NCBI GenBank assembly: GCA_027592325.1 | Contig: JAQCKO010000002.1 | Span: forward strand, 18,392 to 82,391 | Direction: 5' to 3' | DNA from: a bacterium | Lineage (GTDB): Bacteria > Patescibacteriota > Patescibacteriia > UBA9934 | Length of the DNA: 64,000 nt | Shown here: positions 9,245-18,186 of the stretch, piece after piece | How the letters are laid out: every line of letters begins with the position of its first letter | Position numbering within the stretch: position 1 is the stretch's first letter | The notes under the pieces: generated by a model | Databases searched by the model: none | Seen by the model: the letters and a program-made list of their open reading frames with translations, nothing else | Told to the model about the DNA's origin: nothing | Program-made: the position numbers and the translations under genes

Positions 9245-10015
9245 TTATGCGGCTTTATCTCTCACCGCTGCTGCAAGATTCCTTTGGACGTACATGAGAC
9301 TGTTAAGCTCAGTCATTTTCTCCTTTACGATTGCTGAAGTTCCATCTTCTTGTGCATCTTCAACGGCATATTTTGCTTCTTCGATAGATCCTGCTAGCAC
9401 TTCAAGCGCAACTTCTAAGGACATTCCTGCCTCCACTTTTGCCACCCATGATTGTAGTTTTGCTTCGGTTAATTGTTCTGCGCCCTGCCTCGTCGTATCC
9501 CCAGGAGCTTCTGTTTCTGTGACGATTTCTTTATCACCGGAACCTCCTTCCACTTTTCGTATGGTCGCAGGAGCAGGCTGTTCAGTGTTTGTCGCTGTAG
9601 TGAGAAGATCTTCAAGTCGTCCTGCGACAGCTGCTGGATCAGATGTATCTTCTTCTTCATCTTCGCCGAGTGGACGGATAGTTGTTTCTACACCTTCAGT
9701 TACTTCTCCAGCTCCGTCAATCGTACCGTAAACAAGTGCTTGTTCTCCCGGAGAGGAAAAATCACTTCCTGGAACACGATCCAGTTCGGCAGCACCTTCA
9801 ATAGCCTTAGCATTTACTGATCCGCCTGTATCTCGTGCAGTAGCAGTATCGCTATAGGCTTCTGAGACAGCATCTTTTATTGCCTTAACTTGCGCAGGCG
9901 TATATTCATGTTTTCGCCCAGCTTTCACTGGCTCAATTGCTTTTTCCGTTACTTCTGGCGGTTTTTCACGTCTTTCTGCTCCTCCGCCTCCAAAAAACTT
10001 GCTAAATATTCGCAT
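9245..10015 (-). CDS. Hypothetical acidic, low-complexity protein
   Basis: 256-aa E/A/T/G-rich ORF, TAATCT box just upstream, ends at a terminator. Confidence 0.7.
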   Translation of the reverse strand: MRIFSKFFGGGGAERREKPPEVTEKAIEPVKAGRKHEYTPAQVKAIKDAVSEAYSDTATARDTGGSVNAKAIEGAAELDRVPGSDFSSPGEQALVYGTIDGAGEVTEGVETTIRPLGEDEEEDTSDPAAVAGRLEDLLTTATNTEQPAPATIRKVEGGSGDKEIVTETEAPGDTTRQGAEQLTEAKLQSWVAKVEAGMSLEVALEVLAGSIEEAKYAVEDAQEDGTSAIVKEKMTELNSLMYVQRNLAAAVRDKAA

Positions 10016-10075
10016 ATATGGTTAGATTATCTGTTCCCATGGTAGCATGAAACTACCGTTTACATAGGGGGAAAC

Positions 10076-10594
10076 TTGCAAAACCACATTCGGACGCATC
10101 CTTGCGTTCGCAGGTTGCGCTCCCTGTGTGATCAGGGGGCGCTTTCGTTTGAATGGAATCGTAAGTGGGTCGAGCCTGCCATCACCATCCTTAGTCCGCT
10201 TTTTGAATCGTTTACTGTTGCGCACTACCGTGACATGACGCGAGGGATCAATCTCTTCGACCGAGATCGATTGCTTGTGTTCACGCTGCGCAACTACCAT
10301 TCGGATCGCGCGGCGCGGCTCAAGACGTGGTTACGCAAAAGGCTGCAGCAATGCGGCAAGGCCGATATGAAAGATGATCAATTTGAGTGCCTGCTGGTGC
10401 TCGCAATGATGATCTTCCCGACCGTGGCGGAGTTGCCGCCTATTGCAGGTCGTCCGGTTCTTGCAGTGGTGAATACACCACGGCGAAATGATCCGGGGCA
10501 TGATCAAGCGCATGCGGACTGGGTACGCAGCCGAATCGTCCCAGCGCCACCGCCGCCGCCAAGCGCGCCGCGGCTTCGTCTCATCGACGGCTAG
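10076..10594 (+). CDS. Orphan hypothetical protein with Pro-rich C-terminus
   Basis: AGGGGG SD before the TTG start, visibly GC-richer, followed by hairpin AGAGGTCC-TTCAC-GGGCCTCT plus T-rich run (10631-10659). Confidence 0.55.
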   Translation: MQNHIRTHPCVRRLRSLCDQGALSFEWNRKWVEPAITILSPLFESFTVAHYRDMTRGINLFDRDRLLVFTLRNYHSDRAARLKTWLRKRLQQCGKADMKDDQFECLLVLAMMIFPTVAELPPIAGRPVLAVVNTPRRNDPGHDQAHADWVRSRIVPAPPPPPSAPRLRLIDG

Positions 10595-10743
10595 CGCTCG
10601 GCACCAGCCGTCGCTCGTCTCTTCTCTCTCAGAGGTCCTTCACGGGCCTCTTTCGTTTTGTGGGCAGTAGACTGCAGAAGGGAGAAAGGTCGGAAGTCAC
10701 AGGGTTGTAGGTTGTGGGCGGGAGGTGATAGGCTTTTGTCGGT

Positions 10744-11715
10744 ATGAAAAAACAACAACTCCTCATTATTCTTGGTCCAACGGCTTCTGGAAAGTCGTCG
10801 CTTGGGATTGAACTCGCCAAGGAATTTGATGGGGAGATCATTTCTGCTGATTCACGAACCATTTTTCGTGAAATGCGTATTGGAACAGCAAAGCCTGAAC
10901 GAGATGCTCCTTCACCAATAACTGAGTTACCTGATAGTAAACCAGTGAAGCGTTCAATTATGGATCTGTTCTCATCAAAGCCGTATCTGGTCGAAGAGAT
11001 CCCACATTATGGATTCGACCTCGTGAACCCGGATGAAGATTTTACCGCGGCAGATTTTAAGGCATTTGCCGTAAACGTAATTAACGATATAGTCTCGCGT
11101 GGAAAGCTTCCAATTATTGTAGGCGGGACAGGTTTGTATATTTCAGCTTTGGTTGATAATTTGCAATTCACCGATGCGCCGCCGAATGAAGAATGGCGTC
11201 AGGCGCAGGAGGAAATTTCAACGGTAAAATTGTATGAGCGGCTGCAGAAATTTGATCGCGCAGGGGCAGAGGAGATCGACAGTCAGAATCGGCGTCGCGT
11301 TTTACGCGCCCTTGAAATCGTCGAAACAACAGGGAGAAAATTATCAGATCAACAGACAAAAGGAGAAGAAAAATTCGATAGCTTGATGATTGGTGTCGAT
11401 AGGTCGCGTGAAGAGCTTTATGAACGCATTGAACTGCGTGTTGATGAAATGGTGGCGCATGGGCTGGTTGATGAAGTACGCGCTTTACGGGCGAAATATG
11501 GCGCTGATGTCAATGCGATGACAGGAATCGGCTACCGGCAAATAGGTCAGTTTTTAGATGGATATTTGAAACTTCGAGATACAATTGATCTTATTAAACG
11601 CGATACACGCCGCTATGCAAAACGGCAGCTTACCTGGTTCAGGCGTGATAACCGGATTGTGTGGTTACGGCCCGAGGAGGTTGCTGAGCGTGTGAGAAAT
11701 TGGATTGATGGATAG
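10744..11715 (+). CDS. miaA: tRNA dimethylallyltransferase
   Basis: GPTASGKS, EIISADSR, IGTAKP, VGGTGLY, RRVLRALE, IGYRQ, YAKRQLTWFR. Confidence 0.97.
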   Translation: MKKQQLLIILGPTASGKSSLGIELAKEFDGEIISADSRTIFREMRIGTAKPERDAPSPITELPDSKPVKRSIMDLFSSKPYLVEEIPHYGFDLVNPDEDFTAADFKAFAVNVINDIVSRGKLPIIVGGTGLYISALVDNLQFTDAPPNEEWRQAQEEISTVKLYERLQKFDRAGAEEIDSQNRRRVLRALEIVETTGRKLSDQQTKGEEKFDSLMIGVDRSREELYERIELRVDEMVAHGLVDEVRALRAKYGADVNAMTGIGYRQIGQFLDGYLKLRDTIDLIKRDTRRYAKRQLTWFRRDNRIVWLRPEEVAERVRNWIDG

Positions 11716-11723
11716 AATGGAGA

Positions 11724-11760
11724 ATATATAAAACGGACCCGATTGGTCCGTTTTATATAT
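11724..11760. terminator. Bidirectional terminator between miaA and gatB
   Basis: ATATATAAAACGGACC-CGATT-GGTCCGTTTTATATAT. Confidence 0.85.
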
Positions 11761-11785
11761 TTATCTTCTCTGGATCGCCCACATA

Positions 11786-13300
11786 CTAATCTTTTAGACG
11801 TTGATGAATAATTCTAGAGGCAATCGCGGGGTCGGCGTTTCCGCGGGTTTCTTTCATGATCTGCCCGATAAACCATTGTATAAGCTTTTTCTCCCCGCCT
11901 TTGAAACGTTCTACTTCACTCGGGTTCGCTTTGATAATCGATTCGAGAATAGTAAGGAGAGCATCAGCATCGTCTACACGACTTGCACCAAGATCGTCCA
12001 TAGCATGACTTGGATCGCTTCCATCGTCGAGCATTTTGCCAAGCACCTTGAGTCCGCTTTGACCGGTCAGCTTTCCATCGGCAAGCAGCGTAATGAACTC
12101 GGCAAAATTCTCTGGTGAAATCTTCATGATGCGAATGTCGATCTTTCGCTCGACGAGGAGTCCGGTAAGTTTACTAAGTAGCCATCCTGAAACAAGTTTG
12201 GTGAGTTTATTGCGGGCCATTTCGCTTTCGTCCGGGTCGATGTCGGGACGCGCCTGCAGCCATGCCTGAAGCTCGCTCAGGCTCTGTTCGGCGAAGTCTG
12301 AGAGTGCTGGGTCTTCAATGAGTTGCTTTGCATCGCTTGGTTTGAATCCGTATTCATCGATAAAGCGTGCACGTTTAGCACGTGGGAGTTCTGGAAGTGT
12401 ATTTTTGAGTTCATCTGAAAGATCAGCGAGTTCCATTGGAGGAATATCTGGTTCTGGAAAATAGCGGTAGTCAGCTGAATCTTCTTTTTCGCGCTGATCT
12501 TCCGTCACTTGCTTTGCATCATTCCATCCGCGCGTTGTGGTGATTTGTGGAATTTGACCTTGTTCCCATAGTCGTGTCTGACGTTTGATTTCGTATTCAA
12601 TGGCTCGTTCAACTGCCTTGAATGAGTTTACATTCTTAATTTCAGTTTTTGGGTTTAGGTGCGGGCTCACGGGCTTGCCGTCTTCAGCAATTTCACGTAG
12701 CGAAATATTCACATCACAGCGTAGATGACCTTTTTCCATATCGCCATCTGAAACACCGAGCGTGCGCGCAATGAGGCGCAGTTCTTGCATATAGGCCTTT
12801 GCTTCTGCTGCCGTTCGAAAATCTGGCTTTGTGACAATTTCGCAAAGTGGCGTTCCTCCGCGATTATAATCGACATAGGTTTTCCCGTCGCCACCGTGAA
12901 TATTCTTGGCGGCATCTTCCTCAAGGTGAAGGCGCTCGATTCGGATACGAACCGGGTCTTTTACCCCTGGGACATCAAGGTCTAGATGTCCATCTTGCAT
13001 GATTGGCAAATCGAATTGCGAAATTTGGTATGCCTTTGGGAGGTCTGGGTAAAAATAATGTTTACGGTCAAATTTTGAATGTGGCGTTATTGTCCCGCGA
13101 AGGGCGAGTCCGAGTAAAATCGCCCAGCGAACAGCTTGTTCGTTTGGAATAGGAAGAACGCCCGGATGCCCAACGCATACAGGGCAGATCACACTATTTG
13201 GTGAGCTATCGTCGGCATCATTTTTGCAACGACAAAAGAGCTTTGACTTTGTTTTAAGTTGAATGTGGGTTTCAAGCCCAATGACAGGTTCAAGTCGCAT
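11786..13300 (-). CDS. gatB: Asp-tRNA(Asn)/Glu-tRNA(Gln) amidotransferase subunit B
   Basis: VIGLETHIQL, FDRKHYFYPDLPKAYQISQ, LHLEEDAAK, LRCDVNIS, DYRYFPEPD. Confidence 0.97.
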   Translation of the reverse strand: MRLEPVIGLETHIQLKTKSKLFCRCKNDADDSSPNSVICPVCVGHPGVLPIPNEQAVRWAILLGLALRGTITPHSKFDRKHYFYPDLPKAYQISQFDLPIMQDGHLDLDVPGVKDPVRIRIERLHLEEDAAKNIHGGDGKTYVDYNRGGTPLCEIVTKPDFRTAAEAKAYMQELRLIARTLGVSDGDMEKGHLRCDVNISLREIAEDGKPVSPHLNPKTEIKNVNSFKAVERAIEYEIKRQTRLWEQGQIPQITTTRGWNDAKQVTEDQREKEDSADYRYFPEPDIPPMELADLSDELKNTLPELPRAKRARFIDEYGFKPSDAKQLIEDPALSDFAEQSLSELQAWLQARPDIDPDESEMARNKLTKLVSGWLLSKLTGLLVERKIDIRIMKISPENFAEFITLLADGKLTGQSGLKVLGKMLDDGSDPSHAMDDLGASRVDDADALLTILESIIKANPSEVERFKGGEKKLIQWFIGQIMKETRGNADPAIASRIIHQRLKD

Positions 13301-13340
13301 AGAATGCTCCGACCTTATAAGATTTCACACGTTGTTGCAA

Positions 13341-14213
13341 CTATGACTGTTTTTCAAGGCTGTCGAATAGAAGTGCATCAGCGAGATAAATGAGGGGCCC
13401 GGTAAAAAGGATAAGTATGAAACCGAGAATGAATCCTACATAGATATTTAGCTGTATGGCGGCAGGATTTCCAGATGAAATACCCTCAAGAAGCGCAAAG
13501 CTAAACAGTGCTTGAATGACAATAACGGCAAATGCAGCTGTCAGTCCAATAAGCAATTTGGGAATAAAAATACGTCCAAAGATCGCCCAAAATTGTCCGC
13601 GTATTTTTGTACGGAGGTATTTCATTGAGGCAATGACCGTCTGGTTATTTGCAAGAACAACGAATTCGGTGAGTTGGACAATTGTCGATACCCACAATAA
13701 ATAGACAAGCGCAGCAATGACAGACAGCACAATATAGGCAATGCCAACAAGACTCAAAAGGGGAATTTTCGCAGTGTCTGCATTAACTACGAGCAAAATG
13801 ATTCCAGGAACAAAGACGAGAATCACGGGAATCGCAACTAACAAAAATTTGACCAATCCCGTAATAAGTAATTGTAGATATTCTTTTGCGGTGAGGACAA
13901 GCTTTTTCGGGGCAGTACCACGAACCAGGCCAAGAGAAAGATGAATGGTCAGGCCAACTCCAATAACAGTGATAAGTGGTCCAACAATGACACCACCGAG
14001 AATATCGAGGATAAATCGAATCGTTCCTTGTCCAGTGAGAAAATTGGTTTCACCGAGAGAGGCTGTCGGAGCGATGATTTCGCCGATGACAGAAAAAAGC
14101 ATCGGGACGGAAAATAGACAAGCAATAAGGGTTAGGCGCTTGATATTTGCTTTATAGAGTGTCCAAGCACCGTGTAATTGGTCGCTCACAGAAATGAGAG
14201 AATATTTTGGCAT
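13341..14213 (-). CDS. Multi-pass membrane protein (GDPD-membrane-domain/YciC-like architecture)
   Basis: About six TM helices, 'AWTLYK' N-terminal and 'RGQFWAIFGR' motifs; start placed at ATG 14213 (MPKYS). Confidence 0.7.
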   Translation of the reverse strand: MPKYSLISVSDQLHGAWTLYKANIKRLTLIACLFSVPMLFSVIGEIIAPTASLGETNFLTGQGTIRFILDILGGVIVGPLITVIGVGLTIHLSLGLVRGTAPKKLVLTAKEYLQLLITGLVKFLLVAIPVILVFVPGIILLVVNADTAKIPLLSLVGIAYIVLSVIAALVYLLWVSTIVQLTEFVVLANNQTVIASMKYLRTKIRGQFWAIFGRIFIPKLLIGLTAAFAVIVIQALFSFALLEGISSGNPAAIQLNIYVGFILGFILILFTGPLIYLADALLFDSLEKQS

Positions 14214-14235
14214 AGTTAGCAATATTATACGTTGA

Positions 14236-14904
14236 TTATGTGAGGAATGAAAGGGTTGCGTTCCAAATACGTGCATGAATCTGATTTCGCGAGAGAAGCT
14301 GATTATCTTCCACGCATTCAATACGCTGGAATGTTTCAAACCGAGCGGTAAGTTCCCCATACGTTTCGAAGGCGGCTTTTAAGTGATCTTTATCAGATTC
14401 GTGAATATCGTCTTTGAGATCACCTTTTTTCCCCGCTTCTTGTTTCATTTTCCATGAGAAGGCAAAGGGTACATGCAAGACAAAATTCACATCAGGACGC
14501 GGTATACCCATGATTTCATGTTCAAAGTGATCGTTCCAGACATAAAATGCATCTCGTTCTTCCGGGGTCATTTTTGATCCTTGATGAGCAAGATTTGATC
14601 CAACATAGCGATCGGCGACCACGCATTTGCCAGCGGCAAGCCATGCACGAATTTGCATTGAAGCATCAAATCGATCAATGGCATAGAGAACAGACGCCTG
14701 TTTTGCACTTACATCATTTGCATGTCCGTATTTTCCTTCAAGGTAATTTTCAACCATGCCAGCACTCTTTGCTTTATATTGCGGAAACGAGATGATTTCG
14801 GTTGTGTATCCTTCTGTTTTTAGACGAGTAACAAGAAGATTCGTTTGCGTGGCTTTTCCCGACCCGTCTGTACCGTCAATGACAATGAATGTCCCTTTTC
14901 GCAT
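14236..14904 (-). CDS. tmk: Thymidylate kinase
   Basis: FIVIDGTDGSGKATQ P-loop, SFPQY, VADRYVGSNLAHQG, PRPD. Confidence 0.93.
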   Translation of the reverse strand: MRKGTFIVIDGTDGSGKATQTNLLVTRLKTEGYTTEIISFPQYKAKSAGMVENYLEGKYGHANDVSAKQASVLYAIDRFDASMQIRAWLAAGKCVVADRYVGSNLAHQGSKMTPEERDAFYVWNDHFEHEIMGIPRPDVNFVLHVPFAFSWKMKQEAGKKGDLKDDIHESDKDHLKAAFETYGELTARFETFQRIECVEDNQLLSRNQIHARIWNATLSFLT

Positions 14905-14905
14905 A

Positions 14906-15340
14906 TTACATGCCAGTTGAGCCGTGACCGCCTCGGTTATCCTGTTCAAGATACGAAACTTCTTTGAAGGTGGCATGAGTGACAGGCAAGATGACTCCCT
15001 GTGCAATACGATCTCCTTTTTTTAAGTGAACAGCTTCTGTTCGCAAATTCTGCACAACGATGAATATTTCATCATCATTCCCACAGAAATCCTCATCAAT
15101 GACACCAATGCTATTTGCAAGGTTCACACCTTTTTTGATTGGACTCGATGCTCGAGACGCGACAATGAGTACATGTCCCGCGGGAATTTGCATGGCAAGA
15201 CCTGTTTGAATAGGAATCATCTCACCAGGTTGTATGGTGACATCATCAATTAGGTGAAAATCAAATCCTGCTGCACCAGAACTTTGATACTCTGGAATAA
15301 CCGCGTTGATGTGAACTTTTCGTATAAGAACTTCCTTCAT
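14906..15340 (-). CDS. dut: Trimeric dUTPase
   Basis: GAAGFDF, SRAS, NSIGVIDEDFCG, GDRIAQG, RGGHGSTG. Confidence 0.95.
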   Translation of the reverse strand: MKEVLIRKVHINAVIPEYQSSGAAGFDFHLIDDVTIQPGEMIPIQTGLAMQIPAGHVLIVASRASSPIKKGVNLANSIGVIDEDFCGNDDEIFIVVQNLRTEAVHLKKGDRIAQGVILPVTHATFKEVSYLEQDNRGGHGSTGM

Positions 15341-15450
15341 ATACGTGCAGTTTACGGTCTACGAAACAAGCTGTCCACATTCGCATGCTTGCGCAGTGGG
15401 GAAAATTTGTTAGGGTGAATCTAGACCTATGAGGAGGATGTGTCCCATGC

Positions 15451-15732
15451 TTGCACATCCTTTTTCGTTTGGGCCGCTTTCTGAACATTTACTTTGCCAG
15501 TTCCTTCCTGGTTCCCGTTGCAACGATAGGGTCCTTCATCGGAATAGCGCTATTATTCCTTCTTGGCTCTCAATCTTTTTGCTCGAAACCATTTGCATCT
15601 GTCAGAGTATATGTCTTCGAACGACCTATAAGGAGTATGCTGCGGGAATCAAATCGAGCGATGTCACCGGCTGAAGACAGGCGTACGTACTGGTACGTTG
15701 AACGAGGACCGGGGATTAGATCTGGTAGATGA
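15451..15732 (+). CDS. Possible small membrane protein (frame uncertain)
   Basis: Hydrophobic stretch FLVPVATIGSFIGIALLFLLG; strong GAGGAGG at 15431-15437, but the best-spaced ATG (15447) is in another frame. Confidence 0.3.
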   Translation: MHILFRLGRFLNIYFASSFLVPVATIGSFIGIALLFLLGSQSFCSKPFASVRVYVFERPIRSMLRESNRAMSPAEDRRTYWYVERGPGIRSGR

Positions 15733-15762
15733 GGTAAGATGTGCAATCACTAATAACAACGT

Positions 15763-17583
15763 ATGAACGAAACGAATTGGATTCAAACTCACAAAGACGA
15801 TCGCTGCGTTGTTTTTAAACACGCCACAACCGGTGAGGAACATGTTTGCGTAGGCGACGGACATACACTTCCGTATAGACAATTCATTGAGCGAAGTGTT
15901 TTTGAAATGGCTAAGCCATTTTTTCTTTCACCTGAAAGTAATATTACGGCCGTAGATGGGCGCAAACTTTCAGGGTTGATTGGAGCCATGCTTGCGCGCC
16001 AAAGTCGTGCACCAGGAACGACGATTGACGTTCTAGTGAACGAATTTTTAGTTACAACCGAAGATGAGGCAAGGGAACTTGGCGTGCCAGTCGGTGGGCT
16101 TCGTGAAGGGAAGCTCGATGCGCTCATTGAACGCATTTTGATTCAGTATGGGGACGATTCCGTGCAAGAGCTTGAAAGTGCAACGGTCCTTTTTAATTCC
16201 GTTTCAAACCTCACAGCGAAAATGGTTGAGGACCGACGGCTTGGGGCGTATATCGAGCAGTCAAGCCGATATGTGCTCTATACCGAGAAAGATCCCGTCA
16301 CCGATAATTGGTATTACTATCGCGATCAGAACATTCTTTCTTCACCGCTTGGGAGTCGTTATGTAGAAGTTCTCGACAAGTGTTTTCAGCTGTATAGCGA
16401 TTTGGCCGATCAGCTGCAGGATTACTATCGAACGCTCAAGCCACTCAGTGAGGTTGAGTACGCGATTAAGCCGAATGATGAGGCTAAGTACAAATACCAT
16501 GAGCTTGAGGATGACCGGCAGCGCAAAGCATTCAAGCGCTCGTACACCTTTGATATTCGTACGCGAGCCTGCGATACAGCACGCATTATGCTTCCGGCTG
16601 CGACACTTACGAATCTTGCGATGGTGGCGAATGGGCGCACGTTTGAGCATCTTCTCAAGCGTCTGTATTCTTCTGGACGTCCAGAATTCATCGATGTTGG
16701 GAATCGTTTACATGACACGCTTAACCGGGTGATTCCAAAATATGTAAAGCGTGCTGATCGTGCTGGCGTGAAATTTTGGCAAGACGTTGATGCGAATATT
16801 CGCGAGGACCTCGCAGAGTATTTACCGGAATGTAATCGCTGGAGTGGGGCGATGGAAGAGGTGCGTATTCACGAGATTCCGCGGCTTATTTCGAAGCATC
16901 GCGCTTCTGTTGAGCATCTTCTAGCAGCGATATATTTTCCTTATGCGAAATGTGATTATGAAGCACTGGTGCATCGTCTGAGTAAAACAGGAGATATGAA
17001 GTTGATGGATTTACTTCGCCGCGCCGTAGGAGAGCGTAGTGGCCGGCGTGATCGTTCTCCGAGAGGATTCGAACATGGATACGATGTCACTGTAGAGGTA
17101 GTTGCAGATTTTGGCGTATTCCGCGACCTGCATCGTCATCGCATGTGTACGCTTCAGTGGCAAAGGCCAACACCGCATCTTGGATTTGAAATCTCAGACG
17201 ATATTGTGCAGATTGGTATGGATGGTCGGTGTCGTGAAGTTGAGCGTGAAGTACGTAAGCTTTACGATCAGCTAACCGAAACGCTTGGGGAGCAATATGC
17301 TGAGTATGTGGTGCTCTTTGGACATAATATTCGTTTCATGATTGGCATGAATCTACGCGAAGCGCAGCATATGCTTGAAATTCGCAGCATTATGCAAGGG
17401 CATCCGAATTACCGCCGCGTTGCGCAAAAGATTCACGACGAGATTCGCAAGGCGGCTCCATGGATTGATGCAACCGATCTTCTCAAATTTGTTGATCACA
17501 ATCAGTATCACTGGGCGCGCTCAGATGCTGAGGCTCGGCAAAGTCAGAAGGCCATTGAACTCGGACTCGATATCGAAGTGTAG
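15763..17583 (+). CDS. thyX: Flavin-dependent thymidylate synthase, two-domain (Chlamydia-like) form
   Basis: YGDDSVQEL, IEQSSRY, DTARIMLPAATLTN in domain 1; FGVFRDLHRHR, NLREAQHMLEIRS..QGHPNYR in domain 2. Confidence 0.88.
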   Translation: MNETNWIQTHKDDRCVVFKHATTGEEHVCVGDGHTLPYRQFIERSVFEMAKPFFLSPESNITAVDGRKLSGLIGAMLARQSRAPGTTIDVLVNEFLVTTEDEARELGVPVGGLREGKLDALIERILIQYGDDSVQELESATVLFNSVSNLTAKMVEDRRLGAYIEQSSRYVLYTEKDPVTDNWYYYRDQNILSSPLGSRYVEVLDKCFQLYSDLADQLQDYYRTLKPLSEVEYAIKPNDEAKYKYHELEDDRQRKAFKRSYTFDIRTRACDTARIMLPAATLTNLAMVANGRTFEHLLKRLYSSGRPEFIDVGNRLHDTLNRVIPKYVKRADRAGVKFWQDVDANIREDLAEYLPECNRWSGAMEEVRIHEIPRLISKHRASVEHLLAAIYFPYAKCDYEALVHRLSKTGDMKLMDLLRRAVGERSGRRDRSPRGFEHGYDVTVEVVADFGVFRDLHRHRMCTLQWQRPTPHLGFEISDDIVQIGMDGRCREVEREVRKLYDQLTETLGEQYAEYVVLFGHNIRFMIGMNLREAQHMLEIRSIMQGHPNYRRVAQKIHDEIRKAAPWIDATDLLKFVDHNQYHWARSDAEARQSQKAIELGLDIEV

Positions 17584-17594
17584 AAAATAGAAAG

Positions 17595-17627
17595 ACCAAA
17601 AACGGGTCAATCGCCCGTTTTTTTGGT
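17595..17627 (+). terminator. Intrinsic terminator after thyX
   Basis: ACCAAAAACGGG-TCAATCG-CCCGTTTTTTTGGT. Confidence 0.75.
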
Positions 17628-17674
17628 TTGACAAATTCATCTCGTCATGATCGAATATGCTCAGGAGGTGCCCG

Positions 17675-17947
17675 ATGAACAAGTCCTCGTTTTCGCCGTC
17701 CGTTTGCTTTGTTCGGTTGATGGGATGCGTGCTCTTTGTTGTCTGTGTACTGACGGCAGGTGTTTCTGGCTATGCAGCCTATGGAATTATTGTGGATGGT
17801 AAGTTGGTACTGGGCATCTGGTTCACTCTGGTGAGCTTGCTGTTTATTTCGATCGCCTTGATGGTCGGATCTGCACTCGGTAACAAGGAAGCGATCGAGA
17901 GCATTGCCCGAGAGGATGCGAACCATGCAGAAGAAGACTATTACTAG
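17675..17947 (+). CDS. Orphan two-TM small membrane protein
   Basis: AGGAGGT SD before ATG 17675; two hydrophobic helices and an acidic tail. Confidence 0.65.
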   Translation: MNKSSFSPSVCFVRLMGCVLFVVCVLTAGVSGYAAYGIIVDGKLVLGIWFTLVSLLFISIALMVGSALGNKEAIESIAREDANHAEEDYY

Positions 17948-18013
17948 CGGCTGTGCTCGCTGTGGCGCTCCCTCGTGGAGCGCTTTCGCTATTCGTCATT
18001 TCTGCGCAGCGGT

Positions 18014-18076
18014 GGCAGCCAAGGCAGAGCCTGGTCCGGCCTGCCCGGCTCTGCCTTGGCTCCGCCGGAGAATCCA
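18014..18076. repeat. 63-nt GC-rich hairpin repeat (inverted copy of 1528-1590)
   Basis: 15-bp internal stem AGCCAAGGCAGAGCC/GGCTCTGCCTTGGCT; 56 of 63 identical to 1528-1590 by hand alignment. Confidence 0.85.
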
Positions 18077-18186
18077 ACGAATCGTAGAAGACGTTCGGTA
18101 GATGGTGAAAGAGTAAGATTGATGAAATCCTTTGATCTTTCGAGATGATGATCGGTCCAACAATATCTCGATTGATCATTCGTATA

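Noticed and set aside
9000-9731. 243-aa plus-strand ORF
   Set aside because: Begins inside repeat DNA and is otherwise the Ser-rich antisense shadow of 9245-10015
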